DNA from: Acidimicrobiia bacterium
GTDB taxonomy: Bacteria > Actinomycetota > Acidimicrobiia > Acidimicrobiales > JANYDT01
NCBI GenBank assembly: GCA_043720595.1
Contig: JAYSSK010000069.1
Location: 35,480-99,479, forward strand
Direction of reading: 5' to 3'
Length of the DNA: 64,000 bases
Shown: positions 1 to 9,220 of the stretch, one piece after another
Position numbering within the stretch: the first letter of the stretch is position 1
How the letters are laid out: the number at the start of each line of letters is the position of its first letter
The notes under the pieces: generated by a model
Told to the model about the DNA's origin: nothing
The model's input: the letters and a program-made list of their open reading frames with translations, nothing else
Database searches by the model: none
Made by a program: the position numbers and the translations under genes

Positions 1-752
1 GCTGCTATAGCGAGGGTTTGCTCGATGCGGTCTGTCTTTTCAAGCGATCCCATCATGACGACGCGTGGGTGCCCGATCGACCGTAGATCGGCCGGCTCTA
101 CGGGAGCGGCGTCCGGGTCGAACAACGACAGGTCGACACCGTGTTCGAACAGACGGCCTTTGCCGTGGTGGCGGTCAGGTTCGCGTCGCATCAACGCACC
201 GCTGGAGTAAAGCGTGGCGTCGGCTTCAAGGAACGCGATGTCTTCGAGTTCGCTGATCTTCGACGTATCGACGTCTTCTGTTGCTGAAAAGTGATCGACC
301 CGGTACAGCACAATTGGACCGTCACCAACATGTTGGGCTGTGCGCCACGCCGTTGGGTTGGCCACGATCCTGTACCGGAATGGACCAAACCGCGACATGA
401 CCATTCGAACCTGGGCTGTGACGAACACCGAGTTCATCCGAGCGAAGAAACCCGTGCCGTAGACAGGCAGAAAAATGGGGCTGAGTACGGTGAGGTTCGG
501 CTGCGGGTGCTTCACCACATGGCTGATGGATTTGAGCTTGCGGCGAACTCTCATCCATCCGTCCGCGTTTCCGAGCGACGGCATGCGCATGCCCATGCTG
601 TTGACGATGAGTACCGGACGAGTCTTGGCGAGTTCGTGTGAGATCTGAAAGTCAGCGTGCGTATGGCTGTGATACCAGTAGTCGCCCGCCGAGAACGAGA
701 CCACGCCGGCGTTGTCAGTCGAGGTTGCTGCTTTGCGAGAGACTCGACTCAT
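1..752 (-). CDS. Glycosyltransferase (TuaH-like GT1 family), N-terminal part; 3' end runs off the window
   Basis: Absent from the ORF track because it is open at the window edge. My translation from ATG 752..750 reads MSRVSRKAATSTDNAGVVSFSAGDYWYHSHTHADFQISHELAKTRPVLIVNSMG... with no stop down to position 1. ATGA overlap with the upstream Wzz-like stop. Polysaccharide-cluster context. Confidence 0.45.
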   Translation of the reverse strand, partial: MSRVSRKAATSTDNAGVVSFSAGDYWYHSHTHADFQISHELAKTRPVLIVNSMGMRMPSLGNADGWMRVRRKLKSISHVVKHPQPNLTVLSPIFLPVYGTGFFARMNSVFVTAQVRMVMSRFGPFRYRIVANPTAWRTAQHVGDGPIVLYRVDHFSATEDVDTSKISELEDIAFLEADATLYSSGALMRREPDRHHGKGRLFEHGVDLSLFDPDAAPVEPADLRSIGHPRVVMMGSLEKTDRIEQTLAIA

Positions 753-2404
753 CGTTGTTCGGTGGCGACAGGACGTGTGCGACGTTGGTTGCGTGACTGT
801 GTTCCTGGGCCGGCAGCGGTTGTGTTGGTCACCAGCTCTTCGACACGGCTTGGCCCGTCTGCGACGGCTGGCGGCTCGCTCTGCCCAGCGCGCCGCAGCG
901 AAGACGCCTTACGTCCACGTCCGCTGGAGGTGGACCGACCGGCCCGACGGCTGCCGCTGCTGACAATTGCAACAACTGGGGTGTCGCCGACCTGTGCCAT
1001 GAACTGCCGGACAGTTTCTTGTGCAAGCTTGCGGGATGGAACGACCAGGACGACAACGTCTGCGACCTCGCAGACCGAGATAGTAAGCGCGCTTTCTGAG
1101 AATGGGGCACAGTCAACAACAACGACATCTGAGACCGACTCGAACCGCTCCATGATTGGTGCAACGTTGAACCGGTTGAGCCGAGGCGCGAGGCCACCGA
1201 TGAAGTCGATGTCGGTGTCGGGCAGTCGCTTTGTGAGACGACGGACCACACTGTCGTCGCCGTCGTCCATCTGATTCAGATCGAATGTCGAGATTCTTTC
1301 GCCGTCGAAGGCATCGAAGGCGACCGACAAATCAGAGTCCTCGGAGTTGCCATCGACCAGCAGCACCGTTGCCGAGCGGGCGAAGAATGACGCGACGCTG
1401 ACCGCTAGCCCAGACGTGCCAAGGCCGCGAGTGACGCCAACCACCGCAATCTTGAAGGTGACTGACAACGGGACAGCATTGTCAGCGCGAATACATATGT
1501 CTTTGACGGCGGATGCGTAGTTCGGCGAGGTGGGGTTGAGGAACCAGTTTCTGTTCGGTACCTGCGGTCGCAGCCAGGGGAGCAAGGGACCGACCGGAGC
1601 TCCGACCAGCTCACCGAGCTGGCGCTCGTCGACAACCATCGGCGTCAGCCACGACCAGCCGATTGCCATGGCAGAGGCCAGCAGCCCGCCGATGATGAGC
1701 GCCAGTGCAGTCCATCTGAGCGGCGGGCGGACGCCGGAGCGTTCAGCAGATGCCGCGAATTCGGCCACCGATGAGTTGACCCGGGCTCGGTTGGTGAATT
1801 CGTAGGCAGTCCGCGAGCGAACGAGTTCGGTGTATTCGACCAAGAGCGCGTCACGGTCAACGCGGGCACTGGAATCGCTCGGATCGTTATAGACCCGGTC
1901 TTCAGCCGTGCGGAGCTCGTCGCCGATACCTTCCAGGCGATCGCCGATCACCTTGAGTTCAGGTCCACGCGCCGAAGCCAAACGAGACTCCTGATCGCCG
2001 ATGAACGAAGCGACGAACGCATTCGCGAGGTCGATAGCTTCCTGATCTGACTTTGCGGTGGCATACACCTTGACGAGGTCGGATTTGGGGGCGTGGGTCA
2101 CGCGAATCCGCTTGCTGACCTGATCAGTGGAACCGGTGAGGCCAAGCGACTCCATAGCCAGTTTCGTGATCTGCGGGCTCTTCAGCACCACCAACTGTGT
2201 GTCGACGTACCGATCGGGGTCGGCGTAGTTGATGTTGCCGCCAAGGCTTGACGCCGGCGGCTGGATGATGAGTGCTGACTGCGCGGTCGACGTGGCATTG
2301 GCTGCCAGGGCAAAAATCAGGCCGAGTTGTGAGAATGCAACAGCCGCAAGTGTGATGGGGACCCACCACCGCTTGATTGAGCCCAGAAGAATACGGAGTT
2401 CCAT
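749..2404 (-). CDS. Polysaccharide chain-length determinant (Wzz/GumC-like) fused to a BY-kinase/MinD-like domain with degenerate Walker A
   Basis: ORF 749..2590 trimmed to MELRILLGSIKRWWVPITLAAVAF (TM1) at 2404. Second TM is LALIIGGLLASAMAIGW. The C-terminal domain has VVGVTRGLGTSG / VLLVDGN / VVVVDCAP, resembling Walker A/A'/B but without the P-loop Lys, and there is no C-terminal Tyr cluster. Confidence 0.7.
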   Translation of the reverse strand: MELRILLGSIKRWWVPITLAAVAFSQLGLIFALAANATSTAQSALIIQPPASSLGGNINYADPDRYVDTQLVVLKSPQITKLAMESLGLTGSTDQVSKRIRVTHAPKSDLVKVYATAKSDQEAIDLANAFVASFIGDQESRLASARGPELKVIGDRLEGIGDELRTAEDRVYNDPSDSSARVDRDALLVEYTELVRSRTAYEFTNRARVNSSVAEFAASAERSGVRPPLRWTALALIIGGLLASAMAIGWSWLTPMVVDERQLGELVGAPVGPLLPWLRPQVPNRNWFLNPTSPNYASAVKDICIRADNAVPLSVTFKIAVVGVTRGLGTSGLAVSVASFFARSATVLLVDGNSEDSDLSVAFDAFDGERISTFDLNQMDDGDDSVVRRLTKRLPDTDIDFIGGLAPRLNRFNVAPIMERFESVSDVVVVDCAPFSESALTISVCEVADVVVLVVPSRKLAQETVRQFMAQVGDTPVVAIVSSGSRRAGRSTSSGRGRKASSLRRAGQSEPPAVADGPSRVEELVTNTTAAGPGTQSRNQRRTRPVATEQR

Positions 2405-2423
2405 GATGTGTGTGTGCCTGACC

Positions 2424-3701
2424 TCAGGCTCCGACCTTCGGGTCAGAGAAACGGACAATCCTACCGTCGGGTGATCCCAAGTTGGTTCCCAGGATCGATT
2501 GCAAAACTTGTTCTTCAGCGTCGCGCACAGAGCGGGCAGTGAATGAACGGTCAAAAGACTCGCGGGCTGCGATACGCAAGGCCGCGCCAACGCTTGGGGT
2601 GGATATCAACGAGTTGCATTGCGCCGCGAAATCCTCGGTGGTATCGCCGATGAGCAGCTCCACCCCGGGGGTTGCCCCGAGGCCTTCAGCGCCGATCGTC
2701 GTTGCCACCACCGGTACCCCGTACGCGTAAGCCTCGATGATCTTGATTCGGGTACCGCCGCCGGACAGCAGCGGAGCGCAGCTCGCGGATGCGTTGAGCA
2801 GTTCCATCTCGATTGACTCCACAACACCGACACACTCGACGCCGGGCTGAGTCGCCAGAGCGGGGCCTGTCGAACCCTGCGGTCCGACCAGTCGTACGCG
2901 GGCTGTGGGATGGGCTTTTCGAACGAGTGGGAGAACCTGTTCGCAGAGGAACCGAGCTGCTTCCTCGTTGGGGCGGTACGTGAGATCGCCCACGAACAGC
3001 AATATCGGGTTCAACCGATCAACGTCGGCGTCGGTCTGCATCCGGTCGGGTGCGGCATATCCGTTGGGGACTGGGTGAACGGTTGCGATCCCATAGCGGG
3101 CGTTGAGCTTCGCTGTGTCATCTGCCGAGCAGACGGTGATGGCGTGCGCCGATTTGGCGATTTGTTGGTGGAGCGTCTCCCAACGGCGAAGGTCAAGTGT
3201 GTCGACGAGACGAAAAACGGTGCTTCGTGGTGAGCGGAGGTTCCAGCTGGTGGTTGCCTTCCGGTGACGGATCTTTTCGTCTTCGAGGTCGTCGAGGTCG
3301 ATCACGAAACGAGTCTTCGGAAATCGTGCAACGGCTTCGCTGACAAGCGGCCATGCAGTACCAGCCAGAACCCAGACCACGTCGTACTGATTTGCTTCCA
3401 GCTTTCGTTCCAACTCCGGTGCGGCCGCTCCCCAGGTCACCGACGTCATCGAGAGCGGCAACGGACCCGTGAGCCAGTTGAAAATGGCTTTCGGTTTCGA
3501 CGGGCGCGGAACGCTGAGCACGGTAACTCGGGCAGGATCAATGGTCGGCGGGCACGGAACGGTTGGGTAGTGGTCGGGCAGCGCCATCACCACGTCGACC
3601 TCACCCAATTCGGCCAATGCCTGCAGCACCATTCCGGCGCGACGTTTGAACCCCGGGTACAGGGGCCAAGCGGGGCGGTTGGTGACGAAGCAGATCTGCA
3701 T
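2424..3701 (-). CDS. Glycosyltransferase family 1 (GT-B fold, GT4-like)
   Basis: ORF 2424..4328 trimmed to [18 protein letters not shown] (ATG 3701..3699, 1-nt overlap with the rfbF stop). C-terminal LLFVGDLTYRPNEEAARFL...GGGTRIKIIEAYAYGVPVVATTIGAEGL is a typical GT1 donor-binding motif. Confidence 0.8.
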   Translation of the reverse strand: MQICFVTNRPAWPLYPGFKRRAGMVLQALAELGEVDVVMALPDHYPTVPCPPTIDPARVTVLSVPRPSKPKAIFNWLTGPLPLSMTSVTWGAAAPELERKLEANQYDVVWVLAGTAWPLVSEAVARFPKTRFVIDLDDLEDEKIRHRKATTSWNLRSPRSTVFRLVDTLDLRRWETLHQQIAKSAHAITVCSADDTAKLNARYGIATVHPVPNGYAAPDRMQTDADVDRLNPILLFVGDLTYRPNEEAARFLCEQVLPLVRKAHPTARVRLVGPQGSTGPALATQPGVECVGVVESIEMELLNASASCAPLLSGGGTRIKIIEAYAYGVPVVATTIGAEGLGATPGVELLIGDTTEDFAAQCNSLISTPSVGAALRIAARESFDRSFTARSVRDAEEQVLQSILGTNLGSPDGRIVRFSDPKVGA

Positions 3702-4489
3702 CAGGTGTCGGACCAGACTTTCCAAGGCGCCGTACCAGCGGTCCACATGTCTTCCAACTTGCGTTTGTCGTTCAAGCTGTCCATCGGCTGCCAAAAGCCT
3801 GAGTGGCGAAATGCCGACAGTTGGCCCGATGATGCGAGTGTGTTGAGCGGTTCCTGCTCCCACACTGTCGAATCGTCGGTGATGTGATCGATGACTGACG
3901 GTTCGCATACGAAGAACCCGCCGTTCACCCAAGCGCCGTCGCCATCGGGCTTTTCGTGGAACGACGAGACCTGAGACTGGCCCGAGCCGAGGGCTAGCGC
4001 CCCGAATCGGCCAGCGGGCTGCACCGCAGTGAGGGTCGCAGCTCGGCCCTGCTCCTTGTGGAATTCGATCAGTTTGGTGACGTCGACATTGGACACCCCG
4101 TCGCCATAGGTCAGGCAGAACGTTCCGTCGATGTGATCGGCAACGCGCTTGATGCGCCCCCCGGTCATGGTTGCCTCGCCCGTGTCGATCAGTGTGACTC
4201 GCCAAGGTTCCGTACGTCGACCGTGGACTTCCATCGTGTTGGAAGCGAGGTCGAACGTGACGTCCGCGGTCTTCATGAAGTATTGAGCGAAATACTCCTT
4301 GATGATCCAACCTTTGTAACCGCAGCAAACGACGAAGTCATTCAGACCGTGATGCGAATAGATCTTCATGATGTGCCACAAGATCGGATTGCCGCCGACT
4401 TCAACCATCGGTTTTGGACGGACAGAGGTCTCTTCAGCGAGTCGCGTACCAAGGCCGCCGGCAAGAAGGACGACCTTCATCGTGGACAC
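3701..4489 (-). CDS. rfbF: Glucose-1-phosphate cytidylyltransferase (CDP-glucose synthesis)
   Basis: [57 protein letters not shown]... is a full-length RfbF-type signature. The start could be 4489 or 4480. Confidence 0.85.
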   Translation of the reverse strand: MSTMKVVLLAGGLGTRLAEETSVRPKPMVEVGGNPILWHIMKIYSHHGLNDFVVCCGYKGWIIKEYFAQYFMKTADVTFDLASNTMEVHGRRTEPWRVTLIDTGEATMTGGRIKRVADHIDGTFCLTYGDGVSNVDVTKLIEFHKEQGRAATLTAVQPAGRFGALALGSGQSQVSSFHEKPDGDGAWVNGGFFVCEPSVIDHITDDSTVWEQEPLNTLASSGQLSAFRHSGFWQPMDSLNDKRKLEDMWTAGTAPWKVWSDT

Positions 4490-4636
4490 CTATGTGCAGT
4501 TTTCATGATCATGTGATTCTCGGTTTCCAAAGCATTACAACCGGCTCCGTCGTCGGCGTTCCTGCCAGGATACGTGGGCCGCATTCAGCCGGTACAGCAC
4601 TGTCGGCGCAATTCACTCTCGTTGATGAACGAACGC

Positions 4637-5215
4637 TCAGCTGTGTGGTGATTGGGCCTGCATGGTTGCCCGAAGCTCGTCAACCTGATCATCGAACGAT
4701 GGCCAACTGGCGTCCTTTGGAGAAACGATGCGGGGTGTCATCGGCCAAATGATCGCGATAGTTGAGTCCTCCGGACGGAGGCCACCCTCTGCTGGTCCGT
4801 TGTACCGCTGGCTGACCTGATAGGTGACTTCGGCTCCCTCGGTCAGCGTGAGATACGCGTGCCCGCATCGGGTCGGCACGTACAACGCCCGACGGTTCTC
4901 TCCAGTCAATTCGACCCCGTACCACTGACCGAACGTGTCGGATTCCGGCCGCAGGTCGACGAGCACGTCGAAGATCGCGCCGTTGGTGCACCGCACGAGC
5001 TTTGCCTCTGCGTGAGGTGGGCGTTGGAAATGGATTCCCCGACAGGTGCCGGCAAGAAGGTTGAACGAGACGTTTTCCTGCACCACCTGGTGGTCGATCC
5101 CGGCTACAGCGAACTCGTCGGCACAGTACGACCGCGAGAAGAAGCCGCGGTCGTCCGACCGAGGTTCCAGATCAACGACCATCGCGCCTGCGATAGGCGT
5201 GGGCGTGAAAATCAT
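4637..5215 (-). CDS. NDP-4-dehydro-6-deoxyhexose 3,5-epimerase-like cupin (RmlC family)
   Basis: DDRGFFSRSYC...RGIHFQRPPHAEAKLVRCTNGAIFDVLVDLRPES..FGQWYGVELT..RALYVP..GHAY matches RmlC-type motifs. Confidence 0.8.
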   Translation of the reverse strand: MIFTPTPIAGAMVVDLEPRSDDRGFFSRSYCADEFAVAGIDHQVVQENVSFNLLAGTCRGIHFQRPPHAEAKLVRCTNGAIFDVLVDLRPESDTFGQWYGVELTGENRRALYVPTRCGHAYLTLTEGAEVTYQVSQRYNGPAEGGLRPEDSTIAIIWPMTPRIVSPKDASWPSFDDQVDELRATMQAQSPHS

Positions 5216-6525
5216 GCCGGTGTTGTGGGCTCAGCAGCACCAGCTGCAAAGTAAGCCTGTTGCTCACGCCACAGCTCGATGGTGAGAGAGCCCGTTGGAA
5301 GTTCGACGTCCGCGAAACGGATGAAGTCATCCTTCTTGACGTCGCGAACGAGACGGCATCCTTCGGCGAGGCCCATCGGGAGCAAGCCTTCGGCCCGCGA
5401 TGTGTCAGCGTTTTCGCACATGCCATACGTGAGGTATTCGCCGAGACCGTCGAGAACGGTGCCTGCGGGCGAATCCACCTTTGCAGCAGTGATCACTTCG
5501 ACGACTGGTCCTCCCACTGGAGCAATGGCGGCGTCACCGAACAGCACGACTCTCGCAACGGTGAGGGGCACTTCGAAGATGGTGAGGTGATACGGCACGT
5601 AGAAGCTGTACACCGGACCAGCGCCAAGCTTGCCGTAGTTCAGGTAATGCGCCTGGGTGGCATCTTGCGCTTCGGCAAACACGTAGACACCCGGGCTGGG
5701 CACCGACCCGACGACGTATTCGACAATGCCGCCAAGGTCACGGACCTGGTCCATGTCGTAACTGCCGACAAGTTCGTCGACGTGGCCCTTGTGCTCGATA
5801 CCGATCATGCCGCGCTGCGCGACGCGCATGCCGGTGGCGTTTGCAACGATGGCCTGTTCGAACGAGATCTTGGTGCCGTCGGCGAAGCTGGTGACCATGT
5901 TGGCCGTTTGACCCCACTGTTTTGCGAAGCTCGCCTGGGTGGTTGGGTTGCGGTACCGGTCTTGAAGACCCTTGATGTTGCCGCAGACACGTGGGATGAG
6001 ACCCATTGTTTTGACGAACCGCACGAGGTTGATCTCGACCCCGGGCTGGTCGCCGTCGCAGCCGGTAATCACCACTCCAGCGGCATCGGCTTTTACCTTC
6101 AGGATCGGTCCAACGGTACCGTCGAGTTCGGCGTTCATGAGCACCATGTGCTGGCCGTTGTCGATGGCCGCCATCGTGGCCTGCGCGCCGTACTCCACGT
6201 GGCCGGTGGCCTCGACGAGACATTCGAGGCGAGTCGAAGCTGCCATCACCAACGCGTCGGAAGTGACCGCGCAACCGCCTCTGGCAATCACGGCGTCGAG
6301 CGCTTCCGTGGTGGAGACCTCTTCGACGTCAGAGATGCCGTGCTTGGTGAGCATTGCAACAGCGTTGGCCGGTGTGCGGTTGCACACCGCGCCGAGGCGA
6401 ATGCCTGTCATGTATTGCATCTGGTTGGCGATGCCTGCGGCCATGAACCCTGCACCGAACATGCCGAACAGGACGGGGTTGTTGGCGGCTGCACGCTTTG
6501 CGAGCGCGGTGTCGATGAGGATCAT
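5212..6525 (-). CDS. NAD(P)-dependent oxidoreductase with C-terminal SAF domain (COG4091 / homoserine-dehydrogenase-like)
   Basis: ORF 5212..6684 trimmed to MILIDTALAKRAAANNPVLFGMFGAGFMAAG (Rossmann GxGxxG), with ATGA overlap to the ugd stop at 6522..6525. Family assignment from memory of COG4091-like sugar-cluster enzymes. Confidence 0.6.
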   Translation of the reverse strand: MILIDTALAKRAAANNPVLFGMFGAGFMAAGIANQMQYMTGIRLGAVCNRTPANAVAMLTKHGISDVEEVSTTEALDAVIARGGCAVTSDALVMAASTRLECLVEATGHVEYGAQATMAAIDNGQHMVLMNAELDGTVGPILKVKADAAGVVITGCDGDQPGVEINLVRFVKTMGLIPRVCGNIKGLQDRYRNPTTQASFAKQWGQTANMVTSFADGTKISFEQAIVANATGMRVAQRGMIGIEHKGHVDELVGSYDMDQVRDLGGIVEYVVGSVPSPGVYVFAEAQDATQAHYLNYGKLGAGPVYSFYVPYHLTIFEVPLTVARVVLFGDAAIAPVGGPVVEVITAAKVDSPAGTVLDGLGEYLTYGMCENADTSRAEGLLPMGLAEGCRLVRDVKKDDFIRFADVELPTGSLTIELWREQQAYFAAGAAEPTTPA

Positions 6526-7892
6526 GCGGGCACCTGGCCGTTGTTGGCAGAGAGCCCGATCGGCAGGCCGATTGCTTCGAAGCGTGCAAAGTCGTTCTTG
6601 TCCAACATGCGCCGCCCGTCGATGACCAGCGGAGTCTTCGGCAGGGAGCGGACCGATGCGGCCAGGTTGGCGTACAACGCCCAACGGGTGGTGAGCAGAA
6701 TGGCGTCGGCGTTGGCGATGGCATCGTCGAGTTCGGCGGCAAAACCAACTGAGTCGGGAAGCACTTTCCGTGCAGCTGATTCGGCCACGGGGTCGTGCAC
6801 CGTGACAACGGCGCCGAGCTCGGCCAGTTGCTGAACGATGGCGATGCCAGGAGACTCTCTGATGTCGTCTGTGCCGGGTTTGAACGCCACACCGAGAACG
6901 GTGATGGGCCTGCCGGTGAGGTCGGGGTAATGGTAAGTGAGCAGATCAATCATGCGCTGAGGTTGCGCGTTGTTGATGTCGACAACCGAGCGCAGCATCG
7001 GCATTGGTGACCCAGCATCTTCGCCATAGGCAATGAGCGCTTTGACGTCCTTCGGGAAGCAGCTGCCTCCGAAGCCGCAACCGGGCCACAGGTAGGTGGC
7101 GATAGACGGTGTGATCCGCGTGCCGTCGGCCAGGATCGGCGAGAGTCGCTTGTCGAGGTGTACGCCGCTGAACGCATCGGTAACGTCGACGCCGACCGCT
7201 GTGCACAGGTTGGCAATCTCATTCGAGTACGAGATCATGGTGGCAAGCAGCGAGTTGGCGGTGTACTTAATCATCTCGGCGGTGCGCGGGCTGGTGCGAA
7301 TCTTGTCGACGTTGGCGAACGGTGCATACAGCTCGCCCAGTGCGTCGATGGAGCGCTCGTCGACGCCACCCAGCACAATGCGATCGGGTGCCATGAAGTC
7401 CTCGATGGCCTCGCCCTCTTTGAGGAACTCCGGGTTCATCCCGAGGCCGAAGTCTTTGCCGGCGGTCTTCCCCGAGGCGGCTTCGAGTGCACGCAGTACG
7501 GGGCCTTCGGTGGTGCCTGGTACCACCGTGCTCTTCACGACAACGGCGTGGTAGGTGTCCTTCGTGCGAAGCACGTCGCCGATTTCGCTGGCGACTCCTT
7601 CGACGAACCGCAGGTCGATGTGTTCCCCGTCGAACGGTGTTCCGACGGCGATCAAAGTGATGTCGGTAGCTTCCACCGCTGCCCGCAAATCGGTCGTGGC
7701 ACGCAGCCGCACTCCCACGTTGGCCGCTAGCAATTCATCGAGCCCCGGTTCGTAGATCGGGGAGACGCCGCTGTTGATTGCGTCGACCTTGGCCTGATCG
7801 ATGTCGATGCAGGTGACGTCGTGGCCGTAGTGCGCAAGGCACACTCCGCTGACGAGACCGACGTAGCCGGTTCCGGCAATTGATACTTTCAT
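6522..7892 (-). CDS. ugd: UDP-glucose 6-dehydrogenase
   Basis: ORF 6522..8114 trimmed to MKVSIAGTGYVGLVSGVCLAHYGHDV. Catalytic GFGGSCFPKDV motif present. Confidence 0.85.
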   Translation of the reverse strand: MKVSIAGTGYVGLVSGVCLAHYGHDVTCIDIDQAKVDAINSGVSPIYEPGLDELLAANVGVRLRATTDLRAAVEATDITLIAVGTPFDGEHIDLRFVEGVASEIGDVLRTKDTYHAVVVKSTVVPGTTEGPVLRALEAASGKTAGKDFGLGMNPEFLKEGEAIEDFMAPDRIVLGGVDERSIDALGELYAPFANVDKIRTSPRTAEMIKYTANSLLATMISYSNEIANLCTAVGVDVTDAFSGVHLDKRLSPILADGTRITPSIATYLWPGCGFGGSCFPKDVKALIAYGEDAGSPMPMLRSVVDINNAQPQRMIDLLTYHYPDLTGRPITVLGVAFKPGTDDIRESPGIAIVQQLAELGAVVTVHDPVAESAARKVLPDSVGFAAELDDAIANADAILLTTRWALYANLAASVRSLPKTPLVIDGRRMLDKNDFARFEAIGLPIGLSANNGQVPA

Positions 7893-7893
7893 G

Positions 7894-9075
7894 TCAAGCC
7901 TCCGAAGCTTCTTGGTTGCCGAGGTACCAGGTGAGAGACCGGGTGAGGCCGTCGTCGATACCGACCATTGGCTCGTAACCGAGTTCGGTCCTCGCCTTCG
8001 TGATGATGGGGCAGCGCCGGTTGGGATTGTCCACGAGGTAGGCCTCGTCGGACGACTTCGCGAACACGACCTTCCCCTCGTAGCCGAACAGGGTGCGTGA
8101 CGCTTCGACGACACGGTCTGCGAGTTCTCGCATGGAGATCTCGGGCGTTTCGGTTCCGATGTTGTATGCCTCGCCCGGGCGGCCCTTTACGAGCACCTTG
8201 TAGTACCCCACAATGGCGTCTGCGATGTAGCAGAACGTGCGGGTGGGGGCACCGTCGGAGTACATCACGATGTCTCGGCCGGCCAGCACGTCGCGGGCGA
8301 AGTCGGGCAGCACGCGGGCGTCGGTAATCTTCAGACCAGGGCCGTAATTGTTGAACGGCCGAGCCGTCTTGATGGGGAGCCCGTATTGCTGCGAGAAGTT
8401 GACGCATAGTGTCTCGCCGTAGCGCTTCGACTCGTCGTAGCAAGCGCGTGGGCCGGTGCACGAAACGTTGCCCCGGTACGTCTCTGGGGTGGGAATGTCT
8501 TGCGGGAGCGGGTCGCCGTAGATCTCGCTGGTCGAATAGAAGAGGAAGCCTTCAACTGGCCTGTCGGAGTTCTGCTGGCCCCGTGCGTACTCCAGCAAGT
8601 TGCGCAGCCCGTTGACGTTTGCGTCCATCGTCTCGATGGGGTGCTGGCGGTAGTAGATCGGCGAAGCGATGGATGCTGCATGGATGATGAACTGGACTGC
8701 GCCCAGCGATGCGGGCACCGGGTCGGTGACGTCGTGGGTCTGCAGCGTGAGGTGCGCTGTACCTTCAAGGTCGCTCAGCCACAGCGGCACGCCGCGCACG
8801 TAGCTGTCGTACACCGTGAGGTCGATCGGGTCCGACGCTGTCTCGTTGTAATGAACGATCGTCTGAACAAGGTAGTAGCCAAGGAACCCGGCACCGCCGA
8901 CCAAGAGGAGTCGCTTGCCAGCCATCTCTGCGAGTTCTGCTGAAAGACGGGTGCAGATGTCGTCGAGGTCCTGCGTCACGACAGCGCGGGCGCTTGTCAG
9001 TGATTGTTCAGTCTGTGGGGTCACGTCACACCATGTAGTTGTTGATCTGGGCGGAGCTTCAGTGTCCCAGACCAA
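7894..9075 (-). CDS. NAD-dependent epimerase/dehydratase (UDP-glucuronate decarboxylase-like extended SDR)
   Basis: KRLLLVGGAGFLGYYL Rossmann motif; YDESKRYGE (YxxxK). The exact start is uncertain; internal Met/GTG candidates exist. Confidence 0.7.
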   Translation of the reverse strand: MVWDTEAPPRSTTTWCDVTPQTEQSLTSARAVVTQDLDDICTRLSAELAEMAGKRLLLVGGAGFLGYYLVQTIVHYNETASDPIDLTVYDSYVRGVPLWLSDLEGTAHLTLQTHDVTDPVPASLGAVQFIIHAASIASPIYYRQHPIETMDANVNGLRNLLEYARGQQNSDRPVEGFLFYSTSEIYGDPLPQDIPTPETYRGNVSCTGPRACYDESKRYGETLCVNFSQQYGLPIKTARPFNNYGPGLKITDARVLPDFARDVLAGRDIVMYSDGAPTRTFCYIADAIVGYYKVLVKGRPGEAYNIGTETPEISMRELADRVVEASRTLFGYEGKVVFAKSSDEAYLVDNPNRRCPIITKARTELGYEPMVGIDDGLTRSLTWYLGNQEASEA

Positions 9076-9220
9076 CGACGGATCATCGTCACCACGAATG
9101 GCGATTGATCACAGATGTGAACAAAATCTCAGTTGTCCGAACACCGCGAACCATCGGTGTTCGGTGAAGGTCGCTCAGATATAGCGGGGTATTTTTCAGG
9201 CCTTCGGAGCCGACCGATGG

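Noticed and set aside
3702-4328. N-terminal 209 codons of ORF 2424..4328 (634 aa).
   Set aside because: They overlap rfbF in another frame. The glycosyltransferase homology begins at MQICFVTN (3701), so I trimmed the CDS.
4503-4512. 10-bp palindrome CATGATCATG just upstream of rfbF, considered as an operator.
   Set aside because: It is a single short palindrome in an AT-richer promoter gap with no second site or known motif, which is too weak to report as a feature.
5260-6834. 524-aa plus-strand ORF.
   Set aside because: It is antisense to the SAF-domain oxidoreductase and ugd, both of which have clear enzyme motifs. The composition is typical of a high-GC shadow ORF (Arg/Gly/His/Val-rich, no motifs).
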